Under the pieces are notes generated by a model, which was given only the letters and a program-made list of their open reading frames with translations, was not told where the DNA came from and did no database searches. A program made the translations under genes and the position numbers. 64,000 bases of DNA from a virus: positions 34,183-98,182 of the IMG/VR virus record IMGVR_UViG_3300010388_000228; one strand, written 5' to 3'. Below are positions 28,289-37,048 of this stretch, piece after piece (the first letter of the stretch is position 1; every line of letters starts with the position of its first letter).

Positions 28289-28910
28289 AGTTATCCTCCT
28301 CTATAGTGTATGTAAAGTTTATAATCACTCGTCTATCAACATCATTAGGTGTTGCACTTGCATGATAATGTTCACCGTTAAAACCTAATAGTCTATTTCG
28401 ACGCGGGGCTACCTTATGAAGTATAGTTTCGTTACCTAAAAAATTTTCTTTAAAATAACTAAAACTTGCATCTGCAAAGTCTTCATATTTTGACTTATCT
28501 AAATTAAAATCATACTTTTCATTATAAATTACAGTCGGTGAATCTGAATCAATCAGATATAAAATACCTACTTGATGCGGATCTGGCATATCGATATGAG
28601 GATCATTAACATATTGGCCTGTTGTTCTTGGTTGTAATACTATTCGAACTCGAATTATTTCTTTTACAGTATGTCCGAGTTTATCAATTAAGTCAAGAAG
28701 TATAGGCTGTAACATTTCACCTATTTGATTATGTGGTTGACTGTTAGTAATTGGATAGTGTGTAAAATTAAACGGGTGCGGATTTGTGCTATTGAGTTTA
28801 TCAAAAGAATACGTAATTGGGCTATAATGCCATGGAAAATCATAATCTAAAATTTTTCTTTCTAGCAATGCAATTATTGCAGGTGATACCGCATTATCGA
28901 TTATTTTCAT
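28278..28910 (-). CDS. 2OG-Fe(II) oxygenase (HxD type)
   Basis: PHID, ILYL.DSD..T, P..NR...F.G..YHAS..P and RRVIINF. Confidence 0.75.
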   Translation of the reverse strand: MKIIDNAVSPAIIALLERKILDYDFPWHYSPITYSFDKLNSTNPHPFNFTHYPITNSQPHNQIGEMLQPILLDLIDKLGHTVKEIIRVRIVLQPRTTGQYVNDPHIDMPDPHQVGILYLIDSDSPTVIYNEKYDFNLDKSKYEDFADASFSYFKENFLGNETILHKVAPRRNRLLGFNGEHYHASATPNDVDRRVIINFTYTIEEDNYDI

Positions 28911-28972
28911 AGAGTTGCTAACCTCACAAGTCCTGCAATGCTATTTGGTAGATTTACGTTGTAATTTAACAT
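28907..28972 (-). CDS. Unannotated 21-aa peptide MLNYNVNLPNSIAGLVRLATL
   Basis: AAGGAG-7nt-ATG directly after a GATAAGTA promoter-like motif; its TGA overlaps the oxygenase ATG (ATGA). Confidence 0.55.
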   Translation of the reverse strand: MLNYNVNLPNSIAGLVRLATL

Positions 28973-28989
28973 ATAGTGTCTCCTTTTTT

Positions 28990-29035
28990 TACTTATCAGA
29001 ATACTATGTTTGTGAAAATCAATTCTGATAAGTAA
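28990..29035. promoter_or_regulatory. 14-bp inverted repeat holding divergent late-like promoters (GATAAGTA)
   Basis: TTACTTATCAGAAT (28990-29003) ... ATTCTGATAAGTAA (29022-29035) between the two divergent halogenase operons. Confidence 0.65.
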
Positions 29036-29058
29036 CTTCATATTAAAAAGGAATAACT

Positions 29059-30645
29059 ATGCCTAAAAAAATTGAAAAAGTAGTGATTGTAGGTGGTGGA
29101 TCAGCTGGATGGATGAGTGCTGCTACATTGATTAATTTTTTTCCTAATAAACAAATTGTTGTTGTTGAAAGTCCAGATGTTCCTGCAGTAGGAGTCGGTG
29201 AAAGTACACTTGGTGGGATACGACACTGGATGTATGCGTTAGGAATTAATGAAAAAGACTTCATGCAGTATACAAATGCATCTTATAAAATGAGTATTAA
29301 GTTTACTGATTTTTATAATAAAGATGCTGGTTCGTTTCATTACCCATTCGGAAGTCCGAGATTATTTGATACTGAAACCGGATTAGCGGAATGGCAAGCA
29401 AAAAAAGCGTTGTATCCCGATACGCCAGTTGATGATTATTGTAGAAATTATTATTCAACAATGCCGTTAATCGAAAACAACAAATTTAGCAATAACGATA
29501 ATGGTGAATTTGATACTTTTAGACCTGATCTAGATGTTGCGTATCATTTTGAAGCATCGTTATTTGCTAGTTGGTTACGTGACAAATATTGTATTCCCCG
29601 TGGAGTAATTCATATTTTAGAAAACGTATCTAACATTACTACATCAGACATTGGAATAGAAAGTTTAACATTAGCTAACGGTGATACTGTTATTGCCGAT
29701 TTGTTTGTTGATTGTACTGGATGGAAAAGTATGTTGCTAGGGGATGCGCTTGATGAACCGTTTACTTCATACGAAGATATCCTTCCAAATAACCGAGCAT
29801 GGGCAGTTCAAGTACCATATACTAATAAAGAACTCGAATTAGAACCGTATACTAACTGTACTGCAATCGGACATGGTTGGGTGTGGAATATTCCACTATG
29901 GAGTCGATTAGGAACTGGCTATGTTTATAGCGATAAATTTATAACTCCGGAAGATGCACTACAAGAGTTTAAAGATTATTTAAATTCAAATAAAATGACA
30001 GTTTATAATCCTACCCGTACTGATGCGTTAGAGTTTAAAGATATATCAATGCGTATCGGTATTCACGAACGTACCTGGGTTAAAAACGTAGTTGCAATTG
30101 GGTTATCTGCAGGCTTTATTGAACCACTTGAAAGTAACGGGTTGTTTACTGTTCACGAGTTTTTGTTATCGCTTGTTGCAGTGCTTCAACGTGAGTACAT
30201 TAATCAATGGGATCGCGATACTTATAACACTGCAACTTTAGAAATATTTAATAATTTATCAGAATTTGTAGCGTTACACTATGCGTTAAGTGTTCGAGAT
30301 GATACTAATTATTGGCATGAAATGTCTAATAAAACATTTAGCCCTAATATGATAAAAAAGATTCCAACCCTAACTAAGGGGTTTAATGACCTAGTTAATA
30401 AAAAAATGTTTGAATTTGATCACAATCCAGTAGGCGGAATGCACTGCGTTGCTACTGGTATGAATTTTTTAGTACTAAGTAAGATTAATTTATTGTTTGC
30501 TGACCATGTTAATGGAGTAGATGTTAAAGAACGAGTAGATGCGTTTATTAACAGTCGATCAATACTTCAAGAAAAATGGCGTAAGGCTGCAGATAATTCA
30601 AAATTGTTAGTTGACTATTTAAAAGAGAATATACATAATGATTGA
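29059..30645 (+). CDS. Flavin-dependent tryptophan-halogenase-like protein 2 (all canonical motifs)
   Basis: GGGSAGW, VGVGEST, ASYKMSIKF (catalytic Lys), ADLFVDCTG, GWVWNIPL (WxWxIP) and GFIEPLESNG. Confidence 0.9.
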   Translation: MPKKIEKVVIVGGGSAGWMSAATLINFFPNKQIVVVESPDVPAVGVGESTLGGIRHWMYALGINEKDFMQYTNASYKMSIKFTDFYNKDAGSFHYPFGSPRLFDTETGLAEWQAKKALYPDTPVDDYCRNYYSTMPLIENNKFSNNDNGEFDTFRPDLDVAYHFEASLFASWLRDKYCIPRGVIHILENVSNITTSDIGIESLTLANGDTVIADLFVDCTGWKSMLLGDALDEPFTSYEDILPNNRAWAVQVPYTNKELELEPYTNCTAIGHGWVWNIPLWSRLGTGYVYSDKFITPEDALQEFKDYLNSNKMTVYNPTRTDALEFKDISMRIGIHERTWVKNVVAIGLSAGFIEPLESNGLFTVHEFLLSLVAVLQREYINQWDRDTYNTATLEIFNNLSEFVALHYALSVRDDTNYWHEMSNKTFSPNMIKKIPTLTKGFNDLVNKKMFEFDHNPVGGMHCVATGMNFLVLSKINLLFADHVNGVDVKERVDAFINSRSILQEKWRKAADNSKLLVDYLKENIHND

Positions 30646-31243
30646 TATACATCCGTTATTTTCAACTCCTGTATTCATAAGTACACCTGATGAGGAGGCA
30701 ACTCCTCATCATAACGTATTAGAATATTGTAAAACTTTAAAATACAATTTAAATATAGGTCAAAATTGGGCAAGTGAAGACACTGATATTTTGTCAAACC
30801 CGGTATTTAAAGAAATTCGAGTCTTAATACAACATGCAATAGACCAATATACAAAGAACATAATGATGTGGGACAACACTGAGTTTTATATTACACAATC
30901 GTGGATTAATGTTACTCCTAAAGATACAGAACACCATGTACATTATCATAATAATAGTATTATTAGTGGCACGTTTTACCTTCAAACAGTTAGTAACGAC
31001 TATATTATGTTTCGACATGATAAAAAGTCAATAATTGAATTTGATAGAAGTTCATTTAACATTTGGAATTCCGATACATGGAAACTTAATGTTTCAACTA
31101 ATGCTATTGCAATTTTCCCATCGTCAATATATCACAATGTTGAAAAACATGATGAAAATATTGACAGAGTTAGTATCGCATTTAATGTGTTCTTTCGAGG
31201 TGAAGTTGGTAGCAAAGAAAAATTAACATACTTAAAATTATAA
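30638..31243 (+). CDS. Putative 2OG-Fe(II) oxygenase (TIGR02466-like)
   Basis: LFSTP, SWIN, HVHYH, ISGTFY, FPS.I.H.V and RVSIAFN. Confidence 0.8.
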   Translation: MIDIHPLFSTPVFISTPDEEATPHHNVLEYCKTLKYNLNIGQNWASEDTDILSNPVFKEIRVLIQHAIDQYTKNIMMWDNTEFYITQSWINVTPKDTEHHVHYHNNSIISGTFYLQTVSNDYIMFRHDKKSIIEFDRSSFNIWNSDTWKLNVSTNAIAIFPSSIYHNVEKHDENIDRVSIAFNVFFRGEVGSKEKLTYLKL

Positions 31244-31246
31244 CAT

Positions 31247-32170
31247 ATGAATACAGCATTTATTATTAACGGAGGCGCTGGTCGTGTGCTATGCGCAATT
31301 CCTGCATTAGAAATTTACGAAGCAAGTTATCCCAATGACGATTTTATTATTGTTGTCGAATACTGGATTGATTTATTTAAAGGGCATCCAACATTATATA
31401 AACGATGTTTTGATGCTGCTCATAAAAATTTGTTTGAAGATAAAATTAAAAGTCGACAGATAGTAGCACCTGAACCATATCAACTGTGGGAATATTATAA
31501 TCAAAAAGCGTCAATTGCACAAGGATTTGATATTGCAATAAATCATAGCGGACTACGCCCAATTCATCGGCCGTCAATTTATTTGTCTAACGCCGAACGG
31601 AACGGAGGAGTTGCATCAGTTAACGCTATTAGAAAGGAACATAATAAAAAAATTATCGTTTTCCAACCGTTCGGAAGAGGTTCTGCATTTCATAACAATG
31701 AAATAGTAGACGATGTATTTGGAAAATCATTTTTTATTAGCGATGTTATTAATATTATTAAGAATTTACAAGCAAAATATACGATTTTATTAATGTCCGA
31801 ATCTACTATAGAATTTGATAAATTAGACAAAAGTGTACAAGTTGCACAAATACCAAATTTATCAGTTCGACAATGGATGGCAATCATTAATGCTTCGGAT
31901 TATTTTTTAGGGTGTGATAGTTTAGGACAGCATATTGCATATTCATTAAATAAGCCAGCTACTGTGGTGTTAGGTAGTACATTTAAAGAAAATGTATCAT
32001 ATCCAAATGTTGACAATTTTAACATAGTTGATGTTGGTGAAGATAAAAAAGAGTATTCACCGTTGCGCGTATGCTATGATACCGCAATTGATATTAACAA
32101 TGAAAATTTAATGAGATTAAATCAGCATCATATTTCTGATATTATTACATTAATTGAAAACGCAATATGA
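31247..32170 (+). CDS. GT9-like (heptosyltransferase-fold) glycosyltransferase
   Basis: GGAGRVLCAIPAL, IVFQP.G and RQWMAII..SDYFLG.DS...H.A..L.KP..V..GST (GT9 C-terminal signature). Confidence 0.7.
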   Translation: MNTAFIINGGAGRVLCAIPALEIYEASYPNDDFIIVVEYWIDLFKGHPTLYKRCFDAAHKNLFEDKIKSRQIVAPEPYQLWEYYNQKASIAQGFDIAINHSGLRPIHRPSIYLSNAERNGGVASVNAIRKEHNKKIIVFQPFGRGSAFHNNEIVDDVFGKSFFISDVINIIKNLQAKYTILLMSESTIEFDKLDKSVQVAQIPNLSVRQWMAIINASDYFLGCDSLGQHIAYSLNKPATVVLGSTFKENVSYPNVDNFNIVDVGEDKKEYSPLRVCYDTAIDINNENLMRLNQHHISDIITLIENAI

Positions 32171-32772
32171 CGCCTGAATTACTTCCGTTATTTCCAACTG
32201 CTATCTATAAACATAAAATTCGATCGTTATTAGATACTGAATTATTAGCAGTTAACACTGCTCCTATGATTGCACAAGGTCTCGGAAATCATAGTTCAGT
32301 TAACACATATATTTTAGAGTTAGAAGAGTTATTGGAATTAAAAAATGAAATATTACATAATATTAACGTATATTTCTGTGATGTATTACACTTCACAAAC
32401 GAAGTTTATATAACAAATTCGTGGATTAATATTACTGATTCAAACGAAATGCATATGGGTCACACTCATACTAATAGCATCATTTCAGGAGTGTATTATA
32501 TAGATGTAGATAATAGCCAACCAATGATTTCTTTTAATCGGATTGCTCCTCCATTTTTATTAAACATGTTACCGACTGAATTTAATATATTTAATTCAAT
32601 CGAATGGGACGTTCCTGTTGAAAATAACAGCATTGTGTTATTTCCGTCATCATGCTATCATTATGTTAAACGAAATGAATCAGCAAATAAAAGAATTAGC
32701 ATTGCATTTAACACATTTATTAGAGGGCAGCTTGGAACTAAATTTTCAGGTGCCGATTTAGATTTAAGGTAA
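32167..32772 (+). CDS. Putative 2OG-Fe(II) oxygenase (TIGR02466-like)
   Basis: LFPT, SWIN, HMGHTH, ISGVYY, FPS..YH.V and RISIAFN. Confidence 0.8.
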   Translation: MTPELLPLFPTAIYKHKIRSLLDTELLAVNTAPMIAQGLGNHSSVNTYILELEELLELKNEILHNINVYFCDVLHFTNEVYITNSWINITDSNEMHMGHTHTNSIISGVYYIDVDNSQPMISFNRIAPPFLLNMLPTEFNIFNSIEWDVPVENNSIVLFPSSCYHYVKRNESANKRISIAFNTFIRGQLGTKFSGADLDLR

Positions 32773-32777
32773 AAACT

Positions 32778-34571
32778 ATGAATAAAAAACCAATTTGGAT
32801 TGCCGGAGTTGCTAGAGGTCATAATGCCGGCGTATGCTTGTTAAAAGATGGAGAAATTGTATTTTCAATTGAAGAAGAACGATTGTCAAGAGTTAAATAT
32901 GACGGCGGACCATTTGCCAGCATTCTTAAAATATTAGAGTATACCGATAGACTTGACTTTTTAGTATTTTCTCATACTACTCCCCTACACACTGCAGGAA
33001 CTATTGAGTTTTCCGGTGATAATATATATGTTGGATTTGCTAGAAAATTAGGGTTAATTTCAAAAGATCTAGGTTACGGTATGCAACATCCTCAAGTTAT
33101 TGATCTTAGCCACTTACACCATAAAATGCATGCAGCATGTGCATTTTATAGATCAGGTTGGGATGATGCAGTTGCATTAGTTGTTGATGGTGCTGGAACA
33201 TATTGTCCAACAAGTATTGATGATCAAGAATTAACATCTTGGGAAGTTGAATCAATCTACACCTGCGAGTATCCTGCAAGTTTTAAAACGTTATATAAAC
33301 ACCTTGGGTTGCCTAACAGCGTTAGAACACACATTGAACCTGCTGTCGCTAGTCAGTTTTTTGATGAAGACGGCACGCATGAATCTGTGTTTTCAGACAG
33401 AGCAGGAATCGTAAAAGTATACGAAGCAGTAACTAAATATTGCGGATTTCAGGAAATTGATGCAGGAAAAACCATGGGGTTATTCCCGTACGGAAAAGAA
33501 AATTTAAATATTCCTCCGTTATTTGAACAGTACGGAGATCTATATCTTTCAAACAGAAATTTTGTTATTCCCACTTACCCTGCAGGTGCAAAATTAAACA
33601 ATCATTTATTTCCGTTTTTAGATACAAATAATTATGATGATCTAACCCTAGAACAAAATAGACGTGACCTTGCGTATGCAGTACAACTGCAATCTCAAGA
33701 GCAGGTTGTTAAATTAATTAAAAAAGCAGTTACAATGTCTGGAAAGAATAAGGTAGTTATTAGTGGCGGGTATGGGTTAAACTGCGTTGCAAACTACTAT
33801 TATTTAAGCCAGCTACAAAACGAAGGTATCGAATTATATATTGAACCAATAAGTAACGATGCAGGTACTGCAATAGGAGCTGCATTGTATTTTTGGCATA
33901 TGTATACTAACAATACAACTATCCGCACGTATAATTCAGTTTACTTAGGACCGCTATTAAATTATTCGATTGATAACATACTGTCAATTGTATCAACTAC
34001 TAGTGTTGATATTACTGATGCTACTTACGCTGATATTGTTGATTTAATAATTAAAAAGAACATTGTTACTATTTTTCAAGGACGGTCGGAAAATGGGCCA
34101 CGTGCATTGGGTAATCGATCAGTTTTGTTTGATCCTAGATTTGTAGACGGTAAGGACTTTGTTAATTCAGTAAAACATCGTGAATATTTTAGACCGTTTG
34201 CTGGTACAATTTTAGAAGAACATGTGCATGAATGGTTTGATCTCAGAGGAATGAAAAATAGTCCGCATATGATGTATGCAGTAAATTGCCAACCAGGTGT
34301 TGAACATCAAATACCAAGCATTATTCATGTTGACGGTACTTGCAGAATTCAAACAGTTACCGAAGAACAGAATTTTCATTATTATAATTTGATAAAAGAA
34401 TTTTATAATCAAACAAGTGTTCCGGTATTATTTAATACAAGCTTCAACTTAGGTGGTGAACCGTTAGTTGAAACATTAGAAGATGCAATTTGGACTTTAC
34501 AAAATTCAGATATTGAATACTTGTATTTGCCAGAATTTAATAAATTAATTACTATACCAAATAAGGAGTAA
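32778..34571 (+). CDS. O-carbamoyltransferase (NodU/CmcH/TobZ family)
   Basis: GHN, EEERLSR.K, HH..HA, DGAG, GK.MGL.PYG, SGG..LNCVAN, DAG.AIGAA, E.GPRALGNRS, K.RE.FRPFA, HVDGT.RIQTV and NTSFN..GEP. Confidence 0.92.
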   Translation: MNKKPIWIAGVARGHNAGVCLLKDGEIVFSIEEERLSRVKYDGGPFASILKILEYTDRLDFLVFSHTTPLHTAGTIEFSGDNIYVGFARKLGLISKDLGYGMQHPQVIDLSHLHHKMHAACAFYRSGWDDAVALVVDGAGTYCPTSIDDQELTSWEVESIYTCEYPASFKTLYKHLGLPNSVRTHIEPAVASQFFDEDGTHESVFSDRAGIVKVYEAVTKYCGFQEIDAGKTMGLFPYGKENLNIPPLFEQYGDLYLSNRNFVIPTYPAGAKLNNHLFPFLDTNNYDDLTLEQNRRDLAYAVQLQSQEQVVKLIKKAVTMSGKNKVVISGGYGLNCVANYYYLSQLQNEGIELYIEPISNDAGTAIGAALYFWHMYTNNTTIRTYNSVYLGPLLNYSIDNILSIVSTTSVDITDATYADIVDLIIKKNIVTIFQGRSENGPRALGNRSVLFDPRFVDGKDFVNSVKHREYFRPFAGTILEEHVHEWFDLRGMKNSPHMMYAVNCQPGVEHQIPSIIHVDGTCRIQTVTEEQNFHYYNLIKEFYNQTSVPVLFNTSFNLGGEPLVETLEDAIWTLQNSDIEYLYLPEFNKLITIPNKE

Positions 34572-34572
34572 T

Positions 34573-35307
34573 ATGTCAGTTACTACACCACCATGGTTAT
34601 CATGGAACTTTTTAGAATTTAAAAGCGAGCCGGCAATTAGCCCATTTGCTCCTGAATATCATTACATATTTGCCGAAAATAAAATTGTTAATGTTGATTT
34701 TAAAAAAATTGCATCTATAATTTTAGAAAAAGAAAAAACAATAATTGAATCCACTTCCCCAACATCAGATGCTTATACAGGGTTAGGTGATGATAGTTTA
34801 ACATCAAGATGGAAATCATTTAACGTGTTTGCATGGTCTGAACCGGAAATAGAAAAACTTAAATCGCAGATATATTTACGATATTTAGAATTTTTGAAAG
34901 CATATAATGTGCCTAGATCTAATGTTAAAATTCAATGTTGGGCAAATGTATTAAGAGAAGGCGGAGAAATAAATCCACATATACATTCGACAGGTAAATG
35001 GGCATATTTAGGCGGCCATGTAACTGTTCAGTGCGAAGACACGTATACAGTTTATATTAATCCAATTAATCAAATAAACGATCCAGAAACATATAATAGC
35101 CGTAACGAAGTTGGAAAAATTACATTTTTTCAACATAACATTCCTCATTTTACTACACCACATTATAGTACAACTGGTTTAGAAAGAATTACTATCGCGT
35201 TTGACCTATCAATGGAAGAATTTGTTAACTCGTTTGATCATAATGCACATCCTGAATGGAATAATTATGTAGTGTTTGACGATCCTAATTTAGAGAAAGT
35301 GGCATGA
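34573..35307 (+). CDS. Putative 2OG-Fe(II) oxygenase
   Basis: CWANVLR.G..I.PHIH, G....F.....H.T and RITIAFD. Confidence 0.7.
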   Translation: MSVTTPPWLSWNFLEFKSEPAISPFAPEYHYIFAENKIVNVDFKKIASIILEKEKTIIESTSPTSDAYTGLGDDSLTSRWKSFNVFAWSEPEIEKLKSQIYLRYLEFLKAYNVPRSNVKIQCWANVLREGGEINPHIHSTGKWAYLGGHVTVQCEDTYTVYINPINQINDPETYNSRNEVGKITFFQHNIPHFTTPHYSTTGLERITIAFDLSMEEFVNSFDHNAHPEWNNYVVFDDPNLEKVA

Positions 35308-36473
35308 AAATAGCAGTTATCGGAGTAGGTACTGCAGGTATAACATCATTATGTCATGCATTAAGATGGTTAACAACTGACGAAACTACAATTACGTCAA
35401 TTTATGACCCATCTGTTAAAATACTTGAAATCGGTGAATCAATGGATCCTGGGTTTCCTACTGTATTATTTGAAGGTACTGGGTTTACATTAGTAGAAGA
35501 TGCAAATAAATTAGATGCTACTATGAAATTAGGCGTAACTTGGAAAGGTTGGAGAGATCAAGAATTTACCTCGTTAATGCATCCTCCGTCATATGCGATG
35601 CATTTTAATAATGGAAAGTTAAAGGATTATTGTTTTAGTAAATTTGAAGAACTTTGGGATACTTATTTTAATATTATTGAAGGGGCAGTTACTACTTTAG
35701 AAAATAAAGATTCGCACGTAGTAGTTGTTGTAAACGAATCTGAGTATACATTTGATTATGTAATAGATTGTCGTGGCACTCCTACCGATTTTTCAGAATA
35801 TGTTATAGTTAATAATCCGGTTAATCATTGCCTTGTGCATTCTGTAGATAAACCAGGAGACTGGAATACAACTATTCATCAAGCGCATACTAATGGTTGG
35901 ATGTTTGGTATCCCGTTATCTTCTCGCCAAGGATGGGGGTATCTATATAATGATAATATAACATTAAGAGACGATGCAGTAAAAGAGTTAGAGGAGCTAT
36001 TTAACACAACTGAGTTAAATTTAAAAGAATTTAAATTCACTAGTTATTATGCTAAAAAGTTTTTTGATGGACGAATTATAAAAAATGGGAACGCTGCTAT
36101 GTTTTTTGAACCAATGGAGGCATTATCTGGTTATTTCTATAGTACAGTGTTACGTAATTTAGTTGATTACATATACGGTGAATGTTCAGTCAATGACGTA
36201 AATAGCCGATTAACAGATGCTGCTCAAGATATTGAAAATTTTATCAATTATGCATATCACGGCGGTTCAACATTTAACAGTCCGTTTTGGAATAATACAG
36301 TTATTCAAACATCTAAAAAATTACAAAATGATTCTAGATGGCAAATAACTTTATCTGAAATAAAATCATGTATACACAACGGTAAAATTATACACGAACG
36401 TTCTATTGCAAGATGGTACATTCGGCATTGGATTAATTGGGATAAGAATTTAGGTTATAATTATTTTACTTAA
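35304..36473 (+). CDS. Short flavin-dependent halogenase-like protein 3
   Basis: GVGTAG, IGES, ATMKLG, DYVIDCRG, GWMFGIPL and FFEPMEA; 389 aa, shorter than PrnA-type enzymes. Confidence 0.8.
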   Translation: MKIAVIGVGTAGITSLCHALRWLTTDETTITSIYDPSVKILEIGESMDPGFPTVLFEGTGFTLVEDANKLDATMKLGVTWKGWRDQEFTSLMHPPSYAMHFNNGKLKDYCFSKFEELWDTYFNIIEGAVTTLENKDSHVVVVVNESEYTFDYVIDCRGTPTDFSEYVIVNNPVNHCLVHSVDKPGDWNTTIHQAHTNGWMFGIPLSSRQGWGYLYNDNITLRDDAVKELEELFNTTELNLKEFKFTSYYAKKFFDGRIIKNGNAAMFFEPMEALSGYFYSTVLRNLVDYIYGECSVNDVNSRLTDAAQDIENFINYAYHGGSTFNSPFWNNTVIQTSKKLQNDSRWQITLSEIKSCIHNGKIIHERSIARWYIRHWINWDKNLGYNYFT

Positions 36474-36506
36474 TAAAAAACGGAAGCACATGCTTCCGTT
36501 TTTTAT
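36473..36506. terminator. Bidirectional intrinsic terminator
   Basis: ATAAAAAACGGAAGCA-ca-TGCTTCCGTTTTTTAT between the convergent halogenase operon and the tail-fibre operon. Confidence 0.9.
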
Positions 36507-36514
36507 ACTTAACA

Positions 36515-37024
36515 TTATAAAGGATTAGCAGGTGGCAGTGACCATTTCCCCACTTTTGATAAAAGTGTTGGCGGTGTTGGCCACGGGATATCTTTTCTTA
36601 ATTTTATATTTTCAAAGTCTATCGTGTCGGTCATTTCTCGTAATGCAGTGCGATACTCTGCCCACGCTGCTTTTTCTTCTACAGTTAATGGAGCATCATT
36701 AAGTTGTGTCCAATCGCAAGACATAAAGTAATATTCTCTAGGACTAAGTATCCATCTTCTAACTTTTTCCTCAATGGATAACTCAGATATATCCCATAGT
36801 TGCTCAATTGTACCGTCGGAGTTTTTAACAATTTCTCCCCGTGTACAATTTATATCTTCTATATTATCTATAATAGGTAAGTCATAGTTTAAAACTACTG
36901 CAAGATTGTGAGCTAATAAATCCGATTCTAAAAACTCAGTAGTATCTAATATACCAACAACGTTTTCCCACAGTATCGGATAATCAATTGGATCGCCATT
37001 TTCGTCAATTTTAATATATATCAT
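36515..37024 (-). CDS. Tail fibre assembly chaperone-like protein
   Basis: C-terminal R......DWTQL.D.PL...K..W..YR..LR......WP.PP motif; directly follows the fibre gene. Confidence 0.75.
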   Translation of the reverse strand: MIYIKIDENGDPIDYPILWENVVGILDTTEFLESDLLAHNLAVVLNYDLPIIDNIEDINCTRGEIVKNSDGTIEQLWDISELSIEEKVRRWILSPREYYFMSCDWTQLNDAPLTVEEKAAWAEYRTALREMTDTIDFENIKLRKDIPWPTPPTLLSKVGKWSLPPANPL

Positions 37025-37048
37025 ATGTTGTTTTCCTTTAATTATGTA

